Part shown: in pieces, positions 1-8,873 of the stretch | Layout: each line of letters starts with the position of its first letter | Position numbering within the stretch: position 1 is the stretch's first letter | NCBI GenBank assembly: GCA_965215515.1 | Contig: OZ244057.1 | Coordinates: forward strand, 32,001-96,000 | DNA from: Oligoflexales bacterium | GTDB taxonomy: Bacteria > Bdellovibrionota_B > Oligoflexia > Oligoflexales > JAPPIL01 | Direction: 5' to 3' | Length of the DNA stretch: 64,000 nt | Notes under the pieces: model-generated | Databases searched by the model: none | What the model saw: the letters and a program-made list of their open reading frames with translations, nothing else | What the model was told of the DNA's origin: nothing | Translations under genes and position numbers: made by a program

Positions 1-264
1 TATGTCCTCAGAGAGGCTATAAAAAGACAGATGTCATCAGCTAGTGTCGTAGTGATACTAGCTGGCATCTATGCTAAATACAGTAAATGGATCATGAAGG
101 AGATAGACTTGGCAAAGAACTCGTTCCCTACTCCGAAGAAAATTGTGGCTGTCGAGTTGTGGGGAAGTGAAAGAACATCTAAGGATGTTAAAGGTAGTGC
201 AGATCGTATCGTTGGCTGGAACGGCCAAAGCATTGCAAATGCTATAAAGGAACTAGCTCCCTAA
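1..264 (+). CDS. TIR domain protein, MTH538/DUF1863 (Thoeris ThsB-like), 5' end outside window
   Basis: Frame 1 is open from base 1 (YVLREAIKRQMSSASVVVILAG..YSKWIMKEIDLAK..KIVAV..IVGWN). The S-x-W-x-x-x-E-I motif with the catalytic Glu is typical of ThsB-like TIRs. Confidence 0.8.
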   Translation, partial: YVLREAIKRQMSSASVVVILAGIYAKYSKWIMKEIDLAKNSFPTPKKIVAVELWGSERTSKDVKGSADRIVGWNGQSIANAIKELAP

Positions 265-265
265 T

Positions 266-784
266 ATGAGTGAGCCTGACAAAACTGGCAGACACATGCT
301 ACTTAAGCAGTATGAAATCTGCATAGAGATGGCAGACAGAATCAGCCAGAGGAGACAATCTGCCAACAACTACTTTATTAGTATTAACACTGCCCTTATA
401 TCGTTGCTAGCCGCATTCTTTGCTTACTCAAGATACATGGGGACAGCCTCTCCCAAAGATACTGTTGCCATGGTAGCTCTTGTGATTTCAGTTCTTGGGG
501 TTGCAAACTGCTATATCTGGTGTCGTCTTATCAAATCATACAAAGAAATGAACTACGCAAAATATAAAGTTATCTTGGAGATGGAAAATTATTTTGAATA
601 CAAGCCTTACTCCAGAGAGTGGGATCTTCTTGGACATGGAGAAGACAAAAATGTTTATCGTAAGTTTACCGAAGTTGAACCCCGCGTTCCCCTGGTGTTC
701 TCAATTTTTTATGCATTGATCATCGCTCTATGTATAATAACCCTTATTATTACCTACTTTTGTGCAACGAGTCCGGGAGGATAG
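266..784 (+). CDS. Small multi-pass membrane protein, candidate TIR-linked effector (resembles the 'RipA-family octameric membrane protein' group)
   Basis: QYEICIEMADRISQRRQSANNYFISINTAL N-terminal helix followed by 3 hydrophobic segments. Starts 1 nt after the TIR stop. Confidence 0.6.
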   Translation: MSEPDKTGRHMLLKQYEICIEMADRISQRRQSANNYFISINTALISLLAAFFAYSRYMGTASPKDTVAMVALVISVLGVANCYIWCRLIKSYKEMNYAKYKVILEMENYFEYKPYSREWDLLGHGEDKNVYRKFTEVEPRVPLVFSIFYALIIALCIITLIITYFCATSPGG

Positions 785-901
785 GGTGTTTACCTTCTGA
801 GGAGATACGTTGACCTACCTCTATTTTTGCTGTATCCAGGGACACGACGATTTTCTTGAAGAGCCTCTTCTTCAGGGTTTTGTAACTGACATAAATCTTC
901 T

Positions 902-975
902 TAACCATAACTGAACTCCTATGCGTGAAATGTTAGGGGCCGATATGGTGTCCGCTTTTACGGGGGCACTTATCA
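902..975 (-). mobile_element. Diverged copy of the IS3-family left end (IR, RBS and start of orfA)
   Basis: The reverse complement TGATAAGTGCCCCCGTAAAAGCGGACACC..AGGAGTTCAGTTATGGTTA aligns with 2690-2762. Confidence 0.85.
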
Positions 976-1065
976 CTCATACGAACACCTCCGCTGCTTA
1001 CATATGGCTGCGTGGGAATTTACACATTCTTAGGACGGATTTTACTAAAGTTTAAGCTGGGATGA

Positions 1066-1929
1066 TCATATCTTTAAGCTAGAATAATAGGAACTTGCCA
1101 GCTTAAAAGCATCTTCAAGACTCAAATTAAGCTTGCATTCGGAGATGAGGATGTCAAATTTCTTGAGCCATTCTTGCGGGGGAAGAGGCAATTTTGGTGG
1201 CAAAGGATGAGTATTGCGCTTATTGAATGTCATGTGTAGTGCCTCAATTACTTTTGTAGTATCCATCCCAACTTGAATAAGAAGCACCATATCGACCAAG
1301 TCCTTAATGCGAGTTCCCATTTGGCCTTTACGCAATGTCGTGTAGGCATGGAGCTTTTCCGCAAACTGTTGCTCTTTGCTAATCACTGGAAACAGAGGAC
1401 AATCGAAGCCTGCGAAGGAGAGCAGGTTTTTGCACTTTAGGCTTTCGGTGGGGAGAAGCTCAACGTCACCAGCTCCAATGTCTATCTGAAATCTGGCAAA
1501 CAATCTTGTTCCCAGTATTGCATCGACAAAGAAGCGCATGCCCTCGTAAGGTGGCCCGAACAACGATGCGGGTTTCTTCCTGATTTCAAATGAAAAGAAG
1601 TCATCAAGATCAATGGAAAGTGCCTTGACAAGGTGATCGCTCACGTTATCCCAAGCATCTTCTCTTTGCATGTTTGCCAAAATTTCTTCTGACATCGCAA
1701 GATCAACATCCTTAGTTGCTCTTGCTCTCTTTAAACGAAGCTCCATTGCATAACCACCCTTTAATATCCAATTTGAATGCGGGTAGCTAAAAATACGGGA
1801 CAACAAACGCTCAAATGCTAAGTGGCGACGAAGGCGCTCAACACCTATCTTTTCTTGCTCAGCAATCTTAGTCAGCCGATCTTCGATTGCATTTTTTAAC
1901 GCAATAGCACTTTTGTATTTTTTAGGCAT
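1066..1929 (-). CDS. abiEii: AbiEii/AbiGii nucleotidyltransferase toxin (type IV TA)
   Basis: WILKGGYAMELR..RATKDVDL, AEKLHA and R-IKDLVD motifs. Confidence 0.9.
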   Translation of the reverse strand: MPKKYKSAIALKNAIEDRLTKIAEQEKIGVERLRRHLAFERLLSRIFSYPHSNWILKGGYAMELRLKRARATKDVDLAMSEEILANMQREDAWDNVSDHLVKALSIDLDDFFSFEIRKKPASLFGPPYEGMRFFVDAILGTRLFARFQIDIGAGDVELLPTESLKCKNLLSFAGFDCPLFPVISKEQQFAEKLHAYTTLRKGQMGTRIKDLVDMVLLIQVGMDTTKVIEALHMTFNKRNTHPLPPKLPLPPQEWLKKFDILISECKLNLSLEDAFKLASSYYSSLKI

Positions 1930-1933
1930 GGTG

Positions 1934-2524
1934 CTAACTATACTTACTTACCTGTTTTGTTATTCCGTATCTCGCTATCTCATGTTTGGGATACATGCCC
2001 CTAGATAAGCCCTCTCTGACCACTTGATAGATGAATTCTTCTGAAATTGTATCAGAAGAAAGAACGTCGTAGAGAGTTCTTACAGGAGTAGTTACACGGT
2101 AACCTGCTCCTTCCCGCCACTCTTTGGATTTGAGTGTTCTTCTGTGTAGAATAAGAACCTCTGGAATTGCCGCACCTCTCCTAAAACCTTGCGGCACAGT
2201 CATGTGTAACTTAGGTGGGTCAAGATCAGAGAGATCGTAAATGTTTAGTGCTGTCTGGTGCGAGTACACACCTTGAGGCTTTCCCTCTCTGTTACATGAC
2301 CAGAGCGACCACACAGCATACTGCATGGATGGTTCAATAGGGAACTGCACCAGTCGGTAGATGCCTCTGTGCGCTTTTTCCCAATAGCCAGCTTTTACGT
2401 GGTAGGGATGGTTGCGGGCATTAAAACCAGCCTCTACCGCTTGTTTTGCGGTAAAAACCCCGCTCTGCTCGCTGGCGATCTCGTAAAGAGCACTGTGTTG
2501 TTTCCGTCGTGCTGCATAACTCAT
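1934..2524 (-). CDS. abiEi: AbiEi antitoxin / transcriptional regulator (type IV TA)
   Basis: ASEQSGVFTAKQA..RGIYRL wHTH, SHQTAL and VTTPVRTLYD motifs; directly upstream of abiEii. Confidence 0.9.
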   Translation of the reverse strand: MSYAARRKQHSALYEIASEQSGVFTAKQAVEAGFNARNHPYHVKAGYWEKAHRGIYRLVQFPIEPSMQYAVWSLWSCNREGKPQGVYSHQTALNIYDLSDLDPPKLHMTVPQGFRRGAAIPEVLILHRRTLKSKEWREGAGYRVTTPVRTLYDVLSSDTISEEFIYQVVREGLSRGMYPKHEIARYGITKQVSKYS

Positions 2525-2561
2525 ATCTCTATTTTAATCCGGTTAGGATGCTCACTTCAAG

Positions 2562-2596
2562 CATAAAACTCTTAAAATTTAAGAATTTTATGTCAA
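2562..2596 (-). promoter_or_regulatory. Inverted-repeat operator overlapping the putative abiE promoter
   Basis: CATAAAACTCTTAAA-A-TTTAAGAATTTTATG (arms match 14/15). Minus-strand TTGACA at 2596-2591. Confidence 0.65.
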
Positions 2597-2755
2597 ATCT
2601 CCTGCAGAGATGGGGCATTAGCCGTGTATCAGCAGCCAAGAATGATTAGCCTGCTATCATGAGCGGTGGGATTGACAATGGTAGCTCACTGTAGATGCCC
2701 CCGTAAAAAGCGGACACCCTATCGGCTTCTAACAATCACGTAGAGGAGTTCAGTT

Positions 2756-3202
2756 ATGGTTAGTGATCGTTTCGTAAGTTCGGAGGCACCCGATAGAGAG
2801 GAAGCGGCTGTTGTTGTGGAGCAACGGCAAGGTGATGTTCCGCTTTCTCTAACCAGGAAAAGGCGGATGTGGGGGCCGGCGGAAAAGCAGGCCATAGTCA
2901 TGGAAACCTATCAACCAGGCATGTCGGTCTCGCTCGTGGCCAGAAAATATGGTATAGCTCCTAGTCGGCTGTATCACTGGCGTAAATGTTCACAGGAGGG
3001 CTCTATCATGGCCGTCAGAGCGGAAGATCAGGTTGTTTCAATTGCAGAGTTCAAAAAGCTTCAGATTGAAGTAAGGCGTTTGCAGCGTATCTTGGGAATG
3101 AAGATCGAAGAAATCGAGATTCTCAAGGAAGTTGTAACCATTGCCAGAAAAGAAAAGTTGATTTCGTACAAACCATTGCAAGGGGTGGAAGGTTTCCAGT
3201 GA
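2756..3202 (+). CDS. IS3-family transposase OrfA (IS2 InsC-like HTH)
   Basis: RRMWGPAEKQAIVMETYQPGMSVSLVARKYGIAPSRLYHWRK..LQRILGMKIEEIEILKE. Confidence 0.9.
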   Translation: MVSDRFVSSEAPDREEAAVVVEQRQGDVPLSLTRKRRMWGPAEKQAIVMETYQPGMSVSLVARKYGIAPSRLYHWRKCSQEGSIMAVRAEDQVVSIAEFKKLQIEVRRLQRILGMKIEEIEILKEVVTIARKEKLISYKPLQGVEGFQ

Positions 3203-3430
3203 AGGCTATTTGTCGTGCTTTAGGGGCATCGAGGTCTAACTACTACAAGCAGATGAGGGGTAACTCGGAGAGGCTCTCGCGGCAGAAAAAGAGCGACAGC
3301 AGCGTTCTGCGGCGTATTTTGGCGATCATCCGCACGAAGGTCACCTATGGGTATCGTCGGGTGACTGCCATGCTGCGACGAGACCTTGCTGTTTCAGCGG
3401 TCAATCATAAACGTGTTTACAGGATGATGA
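3199..3430 (+). pseudogene. IS3-family transposase OrfB fragment
   Basis: ICRALGASRSNYY..TYGYRRVTAML..VNHKRVYRMM, then homology is lost. Confidence 0.85.
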
Positions 3431-3860
3431 CTACCTCCTCGGTGATGCTGAAGATGCGAGGTGCAAGGTATAATAGCCCTGGTGCAATTGCCCTCGCCCT
3501 CTCTAATAGAACGGCAACGCTCATGCCGAAGATGTTTAGCAAGAAGCTAGGGAAGTCGATATCATATTCATCAACTGCGGGGTTCTTGCTCTGCATATAC
3601 TCACGAAAATCTATGCGCCCGTTCTGATGCAAGCGTCGCTTGCCCGTGTAGATGATAATCACTCTGACAGGCAGGAGGTACCTTGCCCACAAGATGGCAA
3701 GGTAGGTCAATATCCGCAACAATAAAGGTGTCTTCCTGATCTTGCTCTTGAACTCGAACAGATAGGTGCGTTCGACGATCACCTTGCCGTTGGCATCTAG
3801 CACCTCGGCCTTGTTCCTGCTTGTTCTACAATCTTGGCAATACGACGGCTGCATGTCCAC
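3417..3860 (-). pseudogene. Rpn/YhgA-like PD-(D/E)xK nuclease fragment
   Basis: TYLFEFKS..LLRILTYLAILWARYLLPVRVIIIYTGK. Lacks the normal N- and C-termini. Confidence 0.6.
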
Positions 3861-3918
3861 TTATTTTTCTAACGAAGGTCAGTTCATCATTTCACAGGCC
3901 ATCAGCACTGATTACCAA

Positions 3919-4250
3919 CTAGACCGATGCCGCTGATCCATCCCTCTTGCGCCCTACGACGTAAACGCCTTCTCGTTTAAGGAGAGTGGCGACCGTGTTT
4001 TGATGCCAGCCCTTACCCTGCTGCTTAGTGGGTGTCTTCATCGCATCCAAGAATCTGGCGATAGCTCTTGCACTGAATCCTTCGCTATACATCTTCTTGA
4101 TGGCAGTAATGGTTCTCTGCTCGCCCTTGTGGTCTACAGTCTTGCCACTGACCCGACGCTTGCCGTAGGCATACCACCTAGAACCACGATAGCCCGATGT
4201 CTTTCGCAGGGGGATGTTGTATTTCAGTAGCAAGCTTCTTAAATAAGCTC
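3919..4250 (-). pseudogene. Serine-recombinase 'Recombinase' DNA-binding domain fragment
   Basis: YG..EQRTITAIKKMYSEGFSARAIARFLDAMKTPTKQQGKGWHQNTVATLLKR. No catalytic resolvase domain. Confidence 0.65.
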
Positions 4251-4452
4251 CATCCTGGAGTTGGTGGGGACGGCGGCGAGTGGGGACACTCAGCCGCCTA
4301 CCGCTTGAATACGTTCTTGTACGTAGATGCTCCCACAACCTCTGTCAATAGAAAAAGTTAGTCAGGCACTACAAAAAAGTCGGGGCAAATGCGAAACACA
4401 GACTCAAAGGCGAGTCTGGCTGGACGATCTACGACGGCGGTGCGAACATCAA

Positions 4453-4851
4453 CTAGTGCGATCCTGCCAGCAATTCGTCGGCGATCTTTTCAGCCATGCG
4501 GTTCAACACCTGTCCCCTGATTTGAAACTTTTCGCCTTGGAACTCGTAAGCTGTCCAGTCGATCGGAACGAATACGTCTTCGTTTTCGGCAAAAAATTCT
4601 TCCCAGTAACTGTCGATGAAAGCCAGCAGAAAGAATGCCTGTGCCCGCCGTGAGCGCGTCGCACAGGGCGCAATACGTGCTTCCACAGGGTAGTGGAACG
4701 AATCCAACTCGTTGCGTAGCAGCACCTGCACCCAAATGTCCTCTGCGCGCGGCGCCACATCGATGACGAACCAACGCTCGCCCCGCGTGGCGTGAAAACG
4801 AGCATCGTAACGCCGCGCGATGCTACGCAATTCTTGGGCGGTAAAAATCAC
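4453..4851 (-). CDS. Hypothetical protein
   Basis: 132-aa ORF co-oriented 14 nt downstream of the next gene; GGAG RBS-like sequence upstream. Confidence 0.6.
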   Translation of the reverse strand: MIFTAQELRSIARRYDARFHATRGERWFVIDVAPRAEDIWVQVLLRNELDSFHYPVEARIAPCATRSRRAQAFFLLAFIDSYWEEFFAENEDVFVPIDWTAYEFQGEKFQIRGQVLNRMAEKIADELLAGSH

Positions 4852-4865
4852 CGTCGCTCCTTACC

Positions 4866-6134
4866 CTAAACCCCCGTTGCGAACAGCCGTGCCTGCTCCC
4901 GTAACATGCGATAATGATGCATGCTGTCGATAGCGATAAAACGCGCCCGCGGCTCGTCACTGAGCACTTGCGGGAAGCGGGCGAAAATACCCTTCAGCAC
5001 TTCCAAGTGCTCGTAACCAAGCGCATCGAGCCAGTGCACATCCATGAAGTCGTGCAGACCCCGCCATTTACGCATCTTGTACAGGCGCACGAACGCCTCC
5101 ACCTGTGGCAATTGGCGGTTGTGTAGGATTGGCAGCAGTTCTTCCTGCACCTGATAGATCAAGGTCATGCCTACCCGAAACAGCACGTGACTGTGCTCGG
5201 CGGCGAGAATTGTCGCGCTGCCTGCCAAGTCTCCCCCCGACAGATAATCGAGCCCCAGACCGATCAGGGCACGCGTCTGCGCCAACATCTGCTTGCTCCC
5301 ACGACGATCGCTGACTTCCGTCAAGGTCGCGGCACATAGGGTGTTGCTGCAAAACAACAGCTTCAGCTGTACCTGTTCTTGTGTGGCTGCGTCATAAAGC
5401 TGGCGGTGGTTGATGTGCACGATTACCCGCGTGAACCAGTCCTCCTCCGTCGCCGTGACCAACACGGCGGTGGCGGCATCGTGCCAGCGTCGGCGACAAC
5501 GACCGAGGTCGAGAGGCACGAAAAGCTTGTGACTCTCGGTGAGGGAGACGTAGCCGTCTTCCTCCAAGCGGGCGGTACGGAACTGCCGCATCAGCATCTC
5601 CTGCTCGTTGGCTAAACAACCCGCGGCATGTGTGAGCAGCGCATAAGTCCACTCCAAATCCTGTGTCAGTAAAGCCTCGATGCAGGCTACCACCATCTCC
5701 CGCACCTCCGTTTGTTCCGACCTGACCGCGTAGTAAAGCTTGGCACAGGGCAGCGGGTTGTACCTATCCTGTTCCTGCGGGCCGAGCTGTTCCAGCTGTT
5801 CGTCGGTCAGCAGGGCGACGAGTGGTGCGATGATGGCCATCTGATACTCCTCGTCAAGACTGCGCAAACGATGCAACAACTCGCGGTTATCGATACGACG
5901 GTAGAGATCAAGCCAGCGCATCGCCGCCTGTGGCAACAGACGATCCTGTTGCCAGACATCGTAGTCGAACAACCTGACAAACTGCTCGGCAGATAACAGT
6001 GGCAGGATTGGGAGACAAGCCTCAGGTGATTTTTCCTGCAAAAAACGATAGATAACGCAGGGATGCACCGCGGCTAGCTCTTGCCTGCCGTGTGAGGAGA
6101 GACTGCCCTCCTGCAATCCAAGGATACCATTCAT
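4866..6134 (-). CDS. Conserved hypothetical helical protein (DUF6178-like)
   Basis: LSAEQFVRLFDYDVWQQDRL..FRTARLEEDGY..LFRVG pattern, recalled from the delta-proteobacterial DUF6178 family. Confidence 0.6.
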   Translation of the reverse strand: MNGILGLQEGSLSSHGRQELAAVHPCVIYRFLQEKSPEACLPILPLLSAEQFVRLFDYDVWQQDRLLPQAAMRWLDLYRRIDNRELLHRLRSLDEEYQMAIIAPLVALLTDEQLEQLGPQEQDRYNPLPCAKLYYAVRSEQTEVREMVVACIEALLTQDLEWTYALLTHAAGCLANEQEMLMRQFRTARLEEDGYVSLTESHKLFVPLDLGRCRRRWHDAATAVLVTATEEDWFTRVIVHINHRQLYDAATQEQVQLKLLFCSNTLCAATLTEVSDRRGSKQMLAQTRALIGLGLDYLSGGDLAGSATILAAEHSHVLFRVGMTLIYQVQEELLPILHNRQLPQVEAFVRLYKMRKWRGLHDFMDVHWLDALGYEHLEVLKGIFARFPQVLSDEPRARFIAIDSMHHYRMLREQARLFATGV

Positions 6135-6272
6135 GCTACCCTGACCCGTGCCTCAGACCCTAATAACGGGGACTGTGGCGAATAAAATTGAAGAGATCAA
6201 CCCGAACGTGGTAGAACTTCCCTCTCGGTATACAGCATGGTGAATTACCGCCCGCTTGTCAAGGAAAGGCAC

Positions 6273-7301
6273 ATGCTCTCGGTAACGGAAAATAGGCTGC
6301 GCAACGCCGACATCGTCAGCCTGCTGCCACGCGCTCGCCCCTGTTTTGAGCCTATCAGAGAAGAACTCGCCTCCCTGCAGGATTACCTCCTCGACAACCC
6401 TCTGTCCAGCACCGCTATCCCTACCCCTGTCATCCGCTATGTTTTGCTCAGCGGAGGCAAACGCTTGCGTCCCGCGATTTTCTTTCTGCTCTGCAAACTG
6501 CTCGGCTACCGTGGCAAACACCTGCTCCCCCTCGCCGCGGTCAGCGAATACATACATACCGCCAGTCTGTTGCACGATGATGTCATCGACAACACCACTT
6601 TGCGGCGTGGCAAACCGACGGCGAACAGCCGTTGGGGCGATACGACCGCGGTGCTCGTCGGCGATCTCATCTACGCGCATGCCTGCGCACTGATGACCGC
6701 CACAGGTAACCTGCATATTATCAATAGCTTTACCCAAGCGATCAAGCGCATGAGCGAAGGCGAGCTAATCCAGCTCGATAACCTCTATAACCTCGACATC
6801 AGCGAAGGGACTTGGTTACAGATCGTGCACTACAAGACGGGCGAGCTGCTCGCCGCCACCTGCAAAGTCGCAGGTCTACTCGCCGCCACCGACACCCACA
6901 CCAGTGCTCGTCTGTACAGGTTCGGCCTCAACATCGGTATTGCTTTCCAACTGATCGACGATGCGCTGGATTTCCGTGGCAAAGAACAGGAGCTCGGCAA
7001 GCAAACGATGACCGATCTCGCGAACGGGAGAGTCACCCTGCCTATCATTTTGCTCTACCAGCACGGCGACCGCCGCGTACGGGAGATCTTACGCCACGCA
7101 CTGCGACACCCGCGGGTAGAGGTGGCGGAGTTGCGTCGTATTCATGCCCTGACCAGCCGTTACGCCACCGTCACCCACAGTGCCGAGCGTGCCGCCGAGT
7201 TTACCGCCCGCGCCCAGCAGGAACTGGCCGAGTTTCCTCCCAGCCCTGCGCTCACCAGCCTTCACGAACTGACTGACCTGTTGTTATCACGCCTCAACTG
7301 A
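6273..7301 (+). CDS. ispB: Polyprenyl (octaprenyl-like) diphosphate synthase
   Basis: GGKRLRP, LLHDDVID..RRG, FQLIDD and YKTG motifs. Confidence 0.85.
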   Translation: MLSVTENRLRNADIVSLLPRARPCFEPIREELASLQDYLLDNPLSSTAIPTPVIRYVLLSGGKRLRPAIFFLLCKLLGYRGKHLLPLAAVSEYIHTASLLHDDVIDNTTLRRGKPTANSRWGDTTAVLVGDLIYAHACALMTATGNLHIINSFTQAIKRMSEGELIQLDNLYNLDISEGTWLQIVHYKTGELLAATCKVAGLLAATDTHTSARLYRFGLNIGIAFQLIDDALDFRGKEQELGKQTMTDLANGRVTLPIILLYQHGDRRVREILRHALRHPRVEVAELRRIHALTSRYATVTHSAERAAEFTARAQQELAEFPPSPALTSLHELTDLLLSRLN

Positions 7302-7326
7302 CATCCAGCGGACAGCCACAAAAAAT

Positions 7327-7662
7327 TTGCTACGTGATGCTATCCTGTTACAAGCGGTGTTGCTGAGTGCCTGTGCGGGGGACATAGTCAGGGAAGAAGG
7401 GAACTTAGCACACACGGCAGAGTCACAAGAGATACAGGCGGAAGCGCAGCAGCGGGCGCAAGACCCTGCACGAGCTGCCCTCGTTCTCGACGCACCACCC
7501 TTGACGCGTGTCTATCAGCGTTTTTTTGGCGTTACTGACGCGATCTTTACCCCCCAACAACGCAACAATAACGATGCCACGGCTCGGCAAAAGGAAGTGC
7601 GTCAACAGCATGTGCTGTTGTGTATGGCGGTCGGTCAGGACACACGGGTATATCTGCGCTGA
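7327..7662 (+). CDS. Hypothetical lipoprotein (possibly frameshifted)
   Basis: Lipobox LLSAC after a hydrophobic leader. Confidence 0.35.
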   Translation: MLRDAILLQAVLLSACAGDIVREEGNLAHTAESQEIQAEAQQRAQDPARAALVLDAPPLTRVYQRFFGVTDAIFTPQQRNNNDATARQKEVRQQHVLLCMAVGQDTRVYLR

Positions 7663-7834
7663 ATGTGACCGCGCTCAAGGCCGCACTAAACGACGAGAAT
7701 TTGCCTGGCAGTGGGGAAGCTTTTATGTTAGGCATGCCGTAGTTCTAGCAGAATGAGGCACATAGTTGAGTAGGTGTTTTTTGTCAGCATGCCTATCGTC
7801 ATGGGTGCGGGACATCCACCGTATCAACCCACGT

Positions 7835-8710
7835 CTAGAGTCTTCTGATCAGATGCAAGTTGTCGTGTTGCTGCGTCCCGATACCGAACACTGTTCCGAT
7901 TTTATCGGCAAGGAGGAATTTGCTTTGCGTCTGCGTAAACAGCGGCGTAGGGCAGGGCAGTATTTGCCCGTTGCACAGTCGCGCACAGCTGTCGGTATCG
8001 GCGATGCGCAGTTGGGGGAGGGGCAGGCGAGCGAGGGGAATAAGACAACGGCTGAGAGTCTGTGTATTGAGGGTGTGCAGTGCCACACTGTGCTCGCGTC
8101 GCAAGCTTGCGCTTTCCTCTCGCACCAGTGCTGTCACCGTCGCCAAACTGCCCAGTCGCTGTGCCAAATCCCCTATCAAGCTGCGCACATACGTCCCTCG
8201 TGAACATACGACACGCAATACTGCGTTCTGCTCGCCTAGTGCGAGCGGAGTAAAAGCAAAGATGTGCACAGGGCGTGCTAAACTCGGCAAGGCCACAGGC
8301 AGCGCTAACCCTTGTCTTGCGTAGCGATACAGTGGCTTGCCGCGTAGTTTCACTGCCGAGTAGAGCGGTGGAATCTGCCTGAGTTTACCTGTCAAAGCTC
8401 GACAGGTTGTACGTATGGCCGCGGCTGTTGGCAGGTGTTCTGTATGTGCCACCACCTGCCCGTCGCGGTCGAATGTATCCGTCTGGTAACCGAAAACCAC
8501 CGTCACGCGGTAGGTTTTGGGGAATTCGTGCAACAACTCTTGCAAACGTGTCGCGGTGCCGCACAAGAGCGGCAATACCCCCTCTGCTAGAGGATCAAGC
8601 GTACCCGCATGCCCTACGACTGTGTGTCTTGGCAGCATGCGTTTTACTGTGCGTACCACTGCGGCAGAGGTCATCCCAGATGGTTTGTCGAGAGGGAGAA
8701 CACCGTTCAT
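7835..8710 (-). CDS. truB: tRNA pseudouridine(55) synthase
   Basis: DKPSGMTS, GHAGTLDPLAEGVL, PPLYSAVKLRGKPLY and CSRGTYVRSL motifs. Confidence 0.95.
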   Translation of the reverse strand: MNGVLPLDKPSGMTSAAVVRTVKRMLPRHTVVGHAGTLDPLAEGVLPLLCGTATRLQELLHEFPKTYRVTVVFGYQTDTFDRDGQVVAHTEHLPTAAAIRTTCRALTGKLRQIPPLYSAVKLRGKPLYRYARQGLALPVALPSLARPVHIFAFTPLALGEQNAVLRVVCSRGTYVRSLIGDLAQRLGSLATVTALVREESASLRREHSVALHTLNTQTLSRCLIPLARLPLPQLRIADTDSCARLCNGQILPCPTPLFTQTQSKFLLADKIGTVFGIGTQQHDNLHLIRRL

Positions 8711-8873
8711 GGCGAATTTTCTAACCTACGGGTCGTTTGTAAGGCAAGGTACTGTTTTCGTTCGTAACCTTCCGCCCTCTACAAACACCGCTTGACTGTG
8801 GGGCGGGAAAGGTTGTAGGGCTGACGCGGGCGGGGGGGGATAACCGCTAACTTAAGCAACTGGAAGGAAGTCC

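Larger units (their letters stand above)
2690..3430 (+). mobile_element. IS3-family (IS2 group) insertion sequence, 3'-truncated
   Basis: Left IR TGTAGATGCCCCCGTAAAAAGCGGACACC, intact orfA, and orfB homology ending after NHKRVYRMM. No DDE core or right IR. Confidence 0.85.

Noticed and set aside
4262..4290. Minus-strand ..CGCCGTCCCCACCA resembling a tRNA/tmRNA 3' end (possible att site), with GTGGGGAC repeated twice
   Set aside because: There is no T-arm (TTCGA) or cloverleaf and no partner copy in the window; too short to support.
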